Origin: Raillietiella orientalis
Lineage: Eukaryota
DNA length: 64,000 bases
Reading direction: 5' to 3'
Assembly: GCA_036172245.1 (NCBI GenBank)
Contig: JAYWIR010000075.1
Location: 310,001 to 374,000 of the forward strand
In this document: positions 1 to 11,600 of the stretch, piece by piece
How the letters are laid out: the number at the start of each line of letters is the position of its first letter
Numbering within the stretch: position 1 is the stretch's first letter
Made by a program: the position numbers and the translations under genes
The notes under the pieces: model-generated
Told to the model about the DNA's origin: nothing
Databases searched by the model: none
What the model saw: only the letters and a program-made list of their open reading frames with translations

Positions 1-2260
1 TCATTCGGATTTTCCTTCATGGGGAGTTTACGGCCGCAAGAAACGTTTCCGTACACTCCGAAGGGCAACACACACTCAAACAAACAAGTGCGGGAAGGTT
101 TCGGTACCACCGCATCTGACACAGTTCGAGAACATATCTCCCCTGGTCCAGAGATTCTATGTGCAGGAAAACTCCGTCGAAAGACCACATATTGTCGAGA
201 CAGGCCCGAGAAAGGGGCAAGTACCGGAATTCGATAACGATATCATGTCCATGGGATCGCAGAGAGGACCTTTATGCTGCTTCAACATATCATGGAGTTA
301 AGACTTTCATGGAGAGGTCCTCGGTCCCGATTGCCCAAGGCTCCTTCAAGAAAAGAGGGAAGAAAAGACACCTAGATCCCTCTCTCCCTACGAGTGCGAT
401 CCGCTTGATAGCAAATCTCTGGAGCCACGGAGGAAACTCGTAGAACTAATGCCGGGAACCGCCTCTTCGCGCCGATTGCGAACTGCTGTTGGGAATGTCT
501 ACGGTTCAATCTGCAACTACGCAAAAAGGCGAGCCGTGGTAGAAACCCTGCGCTAACCCCTGACCTCGCCCTCCACCAAGGAGCGCACTGGATTTCCACG
601 GAGGAGGGGGAGGTGAGAATCAAAGCACATACCCAGACGTCCAGGCTGCACTGGTAGCCTTGTGGATCCTCGTACGCGCGCGATTTTTGCGCACGCGCAA
701 CTCGCGAATGCGATGTGCAATGTTCCGTTTCGACGCCGGCAGTCGACTGTGCGTGAAACTTTGAGGCGCTCGGTCGGTTTAGGGGAGCGTGGCGTCGCTG
801 CTACCTCGCAACCATGAAGTTTTTTTCACCTGCTCAATCCGGGACATTTACTTAACAGAAAAAAATAAATAAATCTCTCTTCTCTTCAGGTTTACCAAAC
901 TTATAAGTATCTGAGAAAACCGGTCGGCCTGGGAATATCTCCGGAAGACCTATCTAAGAATCAGCCGCTAGCTGTAGCATTTTAGACTATGTGCTTACCC
1001 CACGGCAGAAAATGGATCCCACGAGAGCCTTCTACTACTCGAATCTGCTGCATTATCGACGGAGGGTGTTTAAGAAGGTAAATTTTGGTCTCAACTCAAC
1101 CATCAGAAAACATATCAAGGATGTCTAAGCTTGCCTAGAAGGGCAGCTAACGAGTATCTATACTCTGATCGGACGAGAGAATACCTTGGTCTCCCCAATT
1201 TACCGGACGAAACTTCTCGGTCGACAGCTGCTTTAAGCTATTGATACCCAGGGATCAGAAATCTAGCTGGTGCACCCTCCACACAGTAGCAAAGAAGAAA
1301 ATGAGAACCTTATCTTCGGACGGCGATTTGGCGAGATTTGAGTCTGGCTCAATCATTGGTGAATCAGCACCTCCCAGAAGTGATAGGTACGGTATCTATG
1401 AACGGTAGGAAGACAAGCCTCCAGTCGACTGAAGGCAACCTGAAGTTTTCGACGATGATCTCCATTGGACATCTAATCCACAATCGTTATATGAATAGGA
1501 AACTCACAGCTGATTTGCGCGCACTCGCGCAAGCGCGGCTTTTTCTGATAAAAAAATATCCTGTCCAGGACAAAGCTATGTCCTGAGCTGGTCAGCACCA
1601 CAATTCCAGTAGCCTTCTTTATAACGGGGACCACATGCGAGTTCGTGGGCTAACACTTCATGCACGCGGTTTGAGTTAACCTATTGCCAGTACGAGCCTA
1701 TTACCACTACACACATGGGAAGCGGTATCAACAACATATGCAGATGTCTAGTTTGGCAAGAGCAGTTTGATGTACCTTCAGCATACCACGGCACCGCCAA
1801 CCATCGTACATTCAATTCCGAAACCATCGCCTATAGTCGTCATGAGTTGGTAAACAAATCAAAAAGGATGCCGACAGAACATGGGGCTGTCTGCTTCCGA
1901 TTAAGCGATCCCCGGAACAGATTTTAGCCTCCTACCTGATCTTGTTTTGCAATGTGACGAATGGGTGATCATACCCGACGTAGTTTGCCCATTTGAAAGG
2001 AACTCAGCTTCTTTAGAAGACTTTGGGAAAAGGAAGGAATGCAAATACTGGAGTTTGACTCTGCAGTTTTCTGCAAAATAATTACCTGACTCATTGCCGT
2101 ATGATCCCGCAGCACATGGTGCCCAGGAAATGGTAAGGCGTTGGCAAAACTCAGAATCAAACGAGGGTGAGCTGAAAGTCTCCGAAAGCAGACTAGATGT
2201 TACTGCATATGTATGGAATAACATCCAACGTCCCCGGAAAATGTACCGGATCAATTAGAT
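1..2260 (+). mobile_element. Decayed RLE-clade non-LTR retrotransposon (R2/NeSL/Utopia-like), RT to restriction-like endonuclease; cut by the window edge
   Basis: 1930-2050 reads LLPDLVLQCDEWVIIPDVVCPFERNSASLEDFGKRKECKY, matching the PD-x-D...E...K-x-x-KY RLE motif. Upstream are a degenerate CR.C...RH zinc-knuckle-like stretch (~1740-1850), SPGPE (~140, like SPGPDG) and LAVAF (~968). Many stops and frameshifts; interrupted by a CpG-rich segment at ~440-830. Confidence 0.75.
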
Positions 2261-3688
2261 GGGTTACCTGATGTGAATACAGAAAATTCAGAGCTACCAC
2301 TGCTCAGAGGCGAGGATTCTTGAGGCTGTGGAAATTGTGCAAAATCCCCATCCGGCATTCCGTGTACCCTTCTCTTGGAATTTTTTCTGCAAACATTAAA
2401 GGTATGATAGTAAACAAGTGAGCCAAATCAAAAAGACATACCTACGGCACACCTTTTTGACTGAAACCCAATACCAGATCTCAAATCAGCAGTTTTCTCC
2501 TCTTATTCCAGAAGACTTCGATCTTTCAGACACGATTTCAAGATGGAAACTGAGCTCAGCGGTCGTCACTTCAGTTATGAATGACAGCTTGCGTTTAAAA
2601 TGAACAGCAGCACTTCGGAACATATCGTGGAATTAGGGACGGATGGGCCACCGGAGAAAGTATGCTTTGGATAAAAGAGAGCACTTCGAAAGGGAAGGTG
2701 TCTCTGGGAAGTACTGATAATGAACCATGGAAAGCGCATGAAATAAAGGCACCCTGTACATGATTACAATCCGAAGACTTAGAAAGCATTAATAGGTCTA
2801 AACACTAGTTCTAACGTCTATTCTTATCTTACAATGTGATAAGCACGAAGTGTTTACTTATGTAGAAGGAATAATTGAGATTAGTAATGCTACCAGCAGT
2901 GTTTTAAACTATTATGAAAGTTCTTAAAGATTAAATTTAGACTCAGCATTCTCGAACTGATTCCATTTGGTATTCAAATTTAGAAATTCGAAATTTTAGC
3001 AAAAGTAAACATTGGAAACCTAAAAATGACCAGTGAGATGGGAACCAGTGACACACACACACAAAAAAATTGTCCTTTTAAGAAAGACGATAGCTGAAAG
3101 ACTCTGATGGCATGAGATTGTAAGAGACACAACATTCTACAGGTGCAGATAAAAAATTAACCAGAGTCTTGCATGATTCGATAGAATATGAGATATTCTC
3201 AATATTACAAAGGCTTGAAATGCTGCTGTTTAGAACAAGTAGCACAGAACTGTGACTCTTACGTAACCAAAACATGAGCTTGGAAGAAAGCAAGACTCTT
3301 CAAAGAGGCATAGATTGAGTATAGCATTACCCGTTCTAAATTGACGAATATCATTGATTCGATATTTAATTTCAGAAATGACGGTAGTTGAACATTATCT
3401 TTCAAGAATCTTTCGAGGAAAAAACAAAAAGGAAAACAACATTTACATTAGTGAAGGAATTTACAAATGTTGTTCACAAATTCGTCATTGATCACGGAAA
3501 CTGGAATACATTTAAAACATAGGTCAATTAAGGAAACACAAGGAAAATAAAAATCAGCAAATGGTTTTAGACCATTTGTGATTGATTCTCTGTTTATTCC
3601 AAAATTTTAACGAACCTGCAATAATAAATCGGGATATATTGTAGAAACTGTCTCGGAGAAATAATTGCAAAAGAGGTATTAAAATCAC

Positions 3689-4474
3689 TATTCTTCAAGA
3701 TAGGGGGGGCACCATGGAAGGGGTTCGACCTATGAATCCAGAAAGGTTCGGAGTCCGTTCCTCTCACGTTTGGGGAGGGTAACTCGCACCTCCCACCCTG
3801 GTTGTCTCCGAAAGGGAACTCCGAAGGGAATCTCTTTCCTCATTCTCTCCGGAGGGACCCCCCGGGAGGAAGGTGATCCTCTCCATTTCATCTTCTCCGA
3901 AGGCAGCCCGGAAAGGATCCGCTAGCAGGAATTTCTTCTCCGGAGGGAACCGCAAGGGAACCGCTCCTGTTCACTCCTCTGAAGAGAACCCCGAAGGGAT
4001 GCTTCCGAAATTCAGAAGGGGCGCTGCAGCTTCCTGCAGGGGGATCGCTCTCGCTTGCTTCCTTGCACTCTGTGAAGAGGCGGCGACTCGGAGGGTCCCC
4101 ACCGCAACAGAGGGGGGTCCGCTCCTTTAAACAACTGGAGAGGTGCCTGTGAAGGTTTCTGCTCCATTTTGAAACCGGAAGGGGCCCCCCGGTGTGGAGG
4201 GTCCGCTCTCCGTTGTACGACCGGAGCGGAAACTCCCCGTCCTTGATTCCTGGAAGGACCCGAAGGTCGACTCCCATTGTTCCGGCCTTCGTCAAGGGCC
4301 TCCGACTTAAACGACCACCGGTGCCACGCCCGAATGTCTCGGCCAACCAGCGCCACTGCAGGAGAAACTCGGAATCCAGCAACGCAGCGGCGTCGGTTTC
4401 TGCCGGAGTATTCGAACCCGCGACGCATGGTACCATACGCGGAAGCCTTAACCACAAAGCCTCCAACGCGGGCT
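3689..4474 (-). mobile_element. tRNA-headed SINE-like chimeric repeat, copy A (head 4474-4381, GC-rich body 4380-3689)
   Basis: Closely matches 30432-31176 along its length. The minus-strand 5' end reads AGCCCGC...GGCTTTGTGGTTAAGG...GGGTTCGAATACT (A-box-like, and B-box-like with one mismatch to GGTTCGAATCC). Confidence 0.75.
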
Positions 4475-4551
4475 TGTGGTTAAGGCTTCCGCGTGTGGTT
4501 CCACGCGTCGCGGGTTCGAATACTCCGGCAGAAACTGACGCCACTGCGTCG
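4381..4551. repeat. ~80-bp-arm inverted repeat formed by two tRNA-like heads, head to head
   Basis: 4381-4461 is the reverse complement of 4471-4551 with a few substitutions and one indel; spacer about 9 nt. Confidence 0.95.
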
Positions 4552-4879
4552 ATTAATGCAATTTTTTAAGTAGAATTTCATCTTGATATGACAGAGTTAC
4601 AAGTTCAGTTATTTTTTTCCTGTGCTGTTATTTGATATTTCAAATAACAGGCTGTAAACAGCTGTCAAAATCTAAGACAGGCAAAATTTAAAAAGAGGTG
4701 GTATGCCATTTCTGCAGCACGTTCAAGTTTCTTTAGGAAGCAATCGAAAAAGAATAGACACTATAGAGAACAGTTTCCAGGAACCGAATGAACTTAAGAA
4801 ATTTTAGAATAAACGGTGGAAAATCGGATCTTTAGAAGAAACAGAATAGACATGGGATTAATAATCAAGGAGTGCTTAG

Positions 4880-5680
4880 GGAGCAAACGGTCCATCCTCA
4901 TGCATGTACGAATGGACCTGTCGAAGTGAAATGAACACTCGAGAGGTTTAATGGAATTTTACGGAGATCGTCGGATATCATTCATCATGCTTATCGTAAA
5001 TTTGTGGAATTGAATTCTAAGTTTTGTCCCCTTGAGAATGCATAAAACCCTTGGAGTAATCTGCAACATTTTAAGCAAAACACTGCGACACATGGTTTGA
5101 GATGTTGCACATATGAGCTCTTGAATACCAATCCATGGCATTTGGAATGAAATACGGTGGTCTTCAAGCATCATGGCAAGCAGTATAGTATACCAACTAC
5201 CATCGACAGTCGATTCCTAAATCATATCTGTACTCTCCGGCTTAGGCAGGTACATATTGAGATATACATTCTGATACACCCGACCTTGCCAAAGCTTTAT
5301 TTAAAATATACAGACTAGTAAGCATGATTGTTTCTTGTTTACTGCTTATGACTACTTGGGCTCACAGTAGATCTCTACAGCAGTTGTAGATACTCCATTA
5401 CGATACTTTCATTGTTGATGAAATAACTTCATGGTGCTTGAAGTTAAATGCAAGAAATCGTTTACAGATACATTCTTCTCAGCCCCTTCAGTTCTGTGCC
5501 TACAATATCACTGAGGTGTTTTCGAACCCATATGCTTTTGGGTTTCTTTTGTATCAAGGCATTATTTATTGATAACCTCCCGTCATTCACTGCTAAGAAC
5601 GACATCTCTGCTTTTACTCTTCGATGCGACTTCCGTGCAAAAGTTTGATGTCAAGAATGACAAGCCATGCAGAGTTTAAA
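4880..5680 (-). mobile_element. Possible very decayed Penelope-like RT remnant
   Basis: Weak motif traces on the minus strand (DGSWYTILLAMMLE near 5200-5160 resembling the G..MG..LA..F.E region; KFTI near 5000). No intact motif. Confidence 0.3.
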
Positions 5681-5925
5681 AAGTTGCGGAAGGAAATGAA
5701 TGTTCCCTAACCTATGAAATGATTTCCCAAAAGATGATAAGTATGAGCAGCAAACCCTGTCTAAAAGATCTTTTCAAAGTCGAGTTTCACTCAAAAGCAA
5801 ATACGGTTGATTTAATTGGATGTCCTTGAAAGTCATTCACTATGGTCTCTCTATCAGGGAAGAACAAAATTTTTTTTACTTTCTTTAAAAAACTACGGAT
5901 CATATCGTAGAAAACATATATAATT

Positions 5926-5962
5926 GTACCTGCTTCGGCGGTACATATACTAAAATTGGAAC
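5926..5962 (+). pseudogene. U6: 3'-truncated U6 snRNA retrocopy (first ~37 nt of U6)
   Basis: GTACCTGCTTCGGCGGTACATATACTAAAATTGGAAC is a U6 5' stem-loop with UUCG loop followed by the conserved ACATATACTAAAATTGGAAC. The ACAGAGA box and 3' domain are absent. Flanked by 14-nt direct repeats (5913-5926 and 5960-5973). Confidence 0.88.
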
Positions 5963-6238
5963 ATACATAATTGAATGATACAAAGAGTGTTGCATACGGC
6001 ATTCTTAGTAACTCGATACATTTGGGATTCGAGTTCAGTGCCGCTTTCCAGTGGAATGCTGAGGTTACTAAACAAATATAAATTGCAGACTTGTTTGTAA
6101 CTTGTGCTATAAGCAAACACGCCTTTGAAAGCTCACAATGGAACCAGGGTATAATAACGAAAAAAGCAACTCTTCAAGATTCGTATTTTCTAAAATTGAG
6201 TGAATATCATATTTTGGCATAATTCTTCTAAAAGGGTC

Positions 6239-8619
6239 TCATGACGAAGCTGATAATAGAAATTCCGATGTTTTTTTCTTTGATTTAACTGGGGATGCAG
6301 ATGATTCATCATTTGCAGGCAAGCCGTCTTTAATAACCACATAAATTAGGAGAAAAAACAGCAAGACTAAGGCACCTGTTACAATCTCCAATGAAGTTAG
6401 CAATTTTTGTAATTCGTCAACACTGTCTTTTTCAACGATGTGAGACAATTCATTTTCCAAATCACCGGTATCTTCATCTATCACTGATTGTTCGGTCAAA
6501 CTGCTAATCATTTCTTGTTGTTCAACAGCCTAACACATAAAAATGCTGCATTTACATAAATAAAAATAATGCAATTTACATCTGTAATTTCTTGTAGCAG
6601 GTGTTCTATTTTATTTTCTTTGAAAACTGGGGCCTTTAAGACATCTTGTAATGCACTTAACCCATGCTGGTAAGCTTTGACAATCTGAAAATATTTTACT
6701 ATATGTTTTGTATTAACTAATAAACCAACTTCCTGGTCTGATTGTGCCTGCTCTATTTTGTGTATGATGATTTCCAAATTATCATAAATCTGATATTGAT
6801 TTGGCAGCATGTTATCAAGGACGTGTTTCTTTCGCAACAACCGTTTTGCCTGAAAGATGATCACACATGAATATGCAGTTGGTAAAAACCAAACGTTTCA
6901 TTATTTTCGAATACTAATGAACACTTTCATTCTGTTACTCTGTAGTAGATACATGTGATAAGCAATAAATGATCTTTGAAGAAACTGTAAAACAAAACAA
7001 AACAGAAATGAAAAAAAATAAATAAATTAGCGATATCATAGAAGGAAACTAAAGTACAATTTAAATTTTTGAAATTCATTCATTGATTTACTTTCAAGAA
7101 GAGCAGATATATAAAGCATATATCATATTTTTAATAAGTAATTATATGCAAATGCATGTACTTTATAAAATCTGCTGCTCTGTGCTGTTGCATTCAATAA
7201 AAATCAAAGCAGATATGAATTGTTTTGGTTGAAAGATTTCATTATAAGATGAGAAATAGATGATATAAACTCTGGAAAGTAAAGAAAAATTGGAGAAACG
7301 CTTTGTTATTTCATATGTGACTTAGCAGTTATACAGTACTTCAGATTTAACCATTAGCAATTATTATTTGTTTCCCATATATCTGCTATTCATTACTTGC
7401 TATGAGAAATTAAAGAACTGGAAATTAATGCTCCTATAAACATGTGAATGCTAAACATAAAAAACTGTTCAACTACAACATGAAACTGGTTTGCCATACA
7501 GTTCTGCAGAATGCACAACCACATACACTTTACTGCAAACATAACTAAAATAAGCAAACTATTTACTCAAGAATTTATACTAATCAAAGTTATCAAAGCC
7601 ACTCTTGCACAAATGACACTCAACACAATTGTTTTAGATTTTTTACGAAAAGTATATGCGAAAAATCAAACAGATAAATTAATGTACAAACTTGCATGAA
7701 AGTGAAATACAATATAATTTCAAATATTCACCTCTTGTTTGTTCCCTGCTTGCAACTGCTCCTGAGCTTGTTTCATATACAGATGAATTTTCTTTTGGTG
7801 TTCAGCAATTTGATGTTCCACACGCTTCTTAACATTCTGCACTAACCAGCTTTTTCTATCAGTATCTGTAAGCATGCTTCTCGAGGCACTTATGTGGTCA
7901 GGAAACTTGACTAATAGACAATTGTCTGAGAAAAGGCGGAGCGATATTTGGTGATGCTGAGCAAGCCACTGCAAGGTCAACATGAAAGAAGATTCGTCTT
8001 CTGCAATTTCATGACATTCATCTCTTATTTGATGTACAGACATCACCTGTGGTAAACCTTTTCCTTGATGATATTTCAAAAGTGATCTCCCTATTTTCTA
8101 AAACATAAAACTTAAATGTTAACAGAGAATTAATGCTAATACCTCCAGCAATCCAACTGAAACATATCGAGTTCCTAACTCTTTTTTTCTACCAATAAGT
8201 TTCTGGATACCAAAAAAACTCCACCTGACTGGATTCCATACAAAATTTGTAAGGACCCAGTCTCGCCATCGCAAAATAGGAATACTGATATCGGACTCTT
8301 TTAAAAGATCTCCATTCCTGCAGCACAGACATCAGTTGCTCTTCTACTACAGTTTTTACTTTAGCATTATGGTAAGTACTTCCTCTAAGGCTTGTGGAAC
8401 CATAGTTTTTCTTTCAAATATCCTGTACAAATCTTCCAATGAAAAGCACAGACAATTCTCTCCTGTACTCCATGTCAGAATAAGCTCTTTCCAAAATTTG
8501 AACGTTTCTTTCATTGCTTCAGCATTCACATTAACATCACGAATAGGACCATACAACACACTCATTCTCAAATCATCATCCCAGTACTCTGGTAAATACT
8601 TTGATATACCATCTGTCAT
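6239..8619 (-). CDS. CHMP7: Charged multivesicular body protein 7 (ESCRT-II/III hybrid), spliced
   Basis: The N-terminus LPEYWDDDLRMSVLY...KFWKELI is typical of CHMP7, with a C-terminal Snf7 domain (AGNKQEAKRLLRKK...IEQAQSDQEIVKAYQHGLSAL...DLENEL). Phase-compatible GT-AG exons: 8619-8360, 8317-8143, 8097-7732, 6849-6730, 6684-6580, 6529-6239 (the last probably contains one more short intron). Confidence 0.9.
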
Positions 8620-8699
8620 GTCTCAATCTCAATGAATAAGAAAGCATGCTCTAAAATAAAGGAAAAAACATGAAAACGGCCAAACAAACTACATGAAAA

Positions 8700-11600
8700 C
8701 TATTGCACACGGAAACCCCCTCCTAAGAAAATTTGCTGTTTTTTTGGTGTCGTATGAACTGGATGTTGAACAGCAGATGCTGCAACTGCACATCTAGATT
8801 TAGACCGCAATGGAACCGTTTTTTTCTAATTTTAAATTAGTAATTACAAAAGCACAGCATCTGGGACAACATACCAGCTGTACATATTTCACTTTGAGTT
8901 TCTTTAGATCCTCTTGTTGAGAATTGAACTTTGTTTCATATTCAATCATTTTCTTTTCATACACATGTAACTCAACTGAAAGAACCTAACCAAAAATTAT
9001 ACAGAATCAGAAATGACTTACTTTAATTTGTTCAGTTTTTTTTTTGAGTATATCATTAGAAGACATCAAACGCTGATGTGCTTCCATAGATGGCAATTGC
9101 TTAATACTTTCTTGCAACTCATGACACAGTATACCTTTCTGATGTAACATGAGCTCTTGCTGAACAATTTTCTTGTTTGCTTCAATCACTTTCTGTTGCA
9201 GAGTACGTACTTTTTGCAATAATTCATACAAACCAGGATCTGTGCCCTATGTAAGAATACCTCACTTCAAAGCATTTGTTTTTTTTGTTTTTTTTTTTAC
9301 TTCTAACTTCCTCCATCTGTGTACATTCATTGGAGTACTCATTTCATCTTCTAGGACACGACTGCGAGTTCGAACATTAAGTAATTCTTTATTTAGACTG
9401 ACTATTTCTTGACGCAAATCACCCACATGTCCCATACTCCGCAACAAAGCTGCTTTTTCTTGTCTAACAAATGGATTCAGAACATTAACCTTTCCTGATC
9501 AATCGAACTTTTAAATTTAACAGCAGTTTACTAGAAAACTACCACTGATTCTCACCTCAACCTACAGACTTCCATTCGGAGTAGCTGGATATCCTGCATA
9601 CGCTCCAAATAACAACTACGCCCCTTTTGAAGAACTAATTCTTGAAGCTTAAGTTTTTCTGTAAGGAGAACTGCTTCACTATTACGGAGAACTAACTGAG
9701 AGCCAAGTGTGTCTCTTTCATCTGTCAACTATGAATTGACTATGCAATGACATAAGTTTCAACATTCTCCCTCACTTCACCTGCACAAGTTGTTTTCGAT
9801 AAACATGCAAACGAGAATCCGCAGCCTCTAGTTCTTGTAAAGCACGTTCATGCTGTGCCTGAATCAGTTTCAGTTGGTGTTGGGCATTGCTGGATTCCTT
9901 GCGGAGATTCATGATCTCCTGCTGCAATTCTTCATTTTCTCGTCTCCTAGTCTGTTCAAATTCTTCACAATTCTTCACTTGAAATATGACATTTGTCTCA
10001 ATAACTAAATACCAGTTTTTTGTTGCAACAGCTGTTGTTCCACAGTATCCACATGATCAATTAGTTTACCCACTTGAGATTTTAACACGTGGGTTCGTCG
10101 TTGCTCAGCATTCTTATCCTCTTGAGTAATTTCCTGGCTTTTCATACATGCATACCAATTGCTGCGCACAGACTCAGAGACTTTTTTCTCTTCTGAGATT
10201 TTATGCTGACTTTCATCCAATTGCTTGTAATAGTGGGTCAGATCTCTTTTCTGCTGCAGCAATTGCATGTTCTGATTGGCTACCTGTGTCTTGAGCAAAT
10301 CTGTCAATGTTTCCATTCTAGAATTCAATACATCCGCGACATATTTCAAATATTTCGAATCTACCTCTTTTTCTCCAATTCCATTTTCATTAGCCTATTA
10401 CTACAAGCGTTTATTTCTTTTTTTGATTTTTCCAGTTCAATAACAAATGTCAGTCTTTTATGCTTCTGAAGTTTCATAATGTTTACTTGCTTATTAGAGA
10501 GCTCTGTCATAAGAGAACATACACATATCTGGGAATGAAAGGATCTCTACCTGTTGTCTCAATAACATCCTTAGTTAATTTCTTTTTTTGCCTTAGAAGC
10601 TCAATTACTGAAGCTTTCTCTTGTTCCAACAGTTTTTGCATATCCTTAAGTGATTTTTCTAAAAAAGACACCTAATTCCAGGAAGCAGATAACTCATAAA
10701 CTTTCATTTCATACTTACTTGATGCTGCAAATTTTCTCTATCATTTTCAGATTGCTGCTGCTGATTCTTCAGCATAGCTACTTTTTTTTCAGTAAGGCGT
10801 AGAAGATTTTCAGTTTTAATTAATTGGAGATGCAGTTTCTTTGATGATTCTTTTGTCATCTGAAAATACAAGTAATAACAAACAACAAAAGTAAAACTGT
10901 TAACAACTTTGAGTTCCTTTTCTCTTGAGATGAGCTTCTGACTTAAACTAATTTTATCATTATGCTCCTTCTGAATATCTTTTAAGGCGTGATTCAATTT
11001 GATCTGTGTCTTATCTGCCTCCCGTCTACATAATTGCTGCTGAGTCTTAAAATTTCAGAAATTATTCAAAAAACAACAAAAAATGCGTACGCACCTTGAA
11101 TGCCACAACTGCTGACTCTAGCTGAACAATTTTCTCTTTGCCTTTATTTAAAACCTTTTGGGAAGATCCTAACTCATCTTGACAATTTTCCAAAGCTACA
11201 GAGCAATTTTCAAAATCAGCATGAAGATTTATGGCCTTCTGTTTTTCTTTGAATAAAGATTCCTCCTTCATCTAATTAGAAATACAATAATATTGAAATG
11301 CAATATTTGTTTACTACACTTCAAGAGATAACGATAAATTAGTGTGCAGTTGTTTGCAATCATTAAGACTTGTGATTGTCTGCAGTTGCTGCTCATGGGA
11401 TTTTTCTAACTGATCATTCAATCTAGACACGTGTTCATCCATGAAGGTCTTTTTTTTTTGCAAATCTTCCACCTGCTGTTGTAGCATTTCTACCCTAAAA
11501 AGAAAATAATGAAATCGCATTATAAAAACAAAACAAAATTAGAAATGGCATATGATGAAAGAAATCTATCTGACACTGAAAATTATTTTTACATTCACAA

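Noticed and set aside
590..625. HDV-ribozyme-like CCTCCTCCGTGG on the minus strand
   Set aside because: P1, P2 and P3 pairings of the double pseudoknot could not be built.
3070..3290. GIY-YIG C-terminal-like FSILQRLEMLL on the + strand
   Set aside because: A single weak motif with no supporting neighbours.
4274..4300. Hammerhead-like CTTGACGA...GGAAC on the minus strand (similar TTGAYGG...CGAAAC at ~33655 and ~34847)
   Set aside because: The cores deviate from CUGANGA/GAAA and flanking helices could not be formed convincingly.
4381..4474. Functional tRNA gene
   Set aside because: No canonical cloverleaf or anticodon loop, an imperfect B-box, and it is attached to a repeat body; treated as a SINE-like head.
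3888..4569. Long overlapping ORFs on both strands (218, 147, 125 aa); superficial resemblance to hepatitis delta-like sequence
   Set aside because: The ORFs arise from a GC-rich repeat plus palindrome, frames are not preserved in copy B, and no delta-antigen motif or rod-like self-complementarity is evident.
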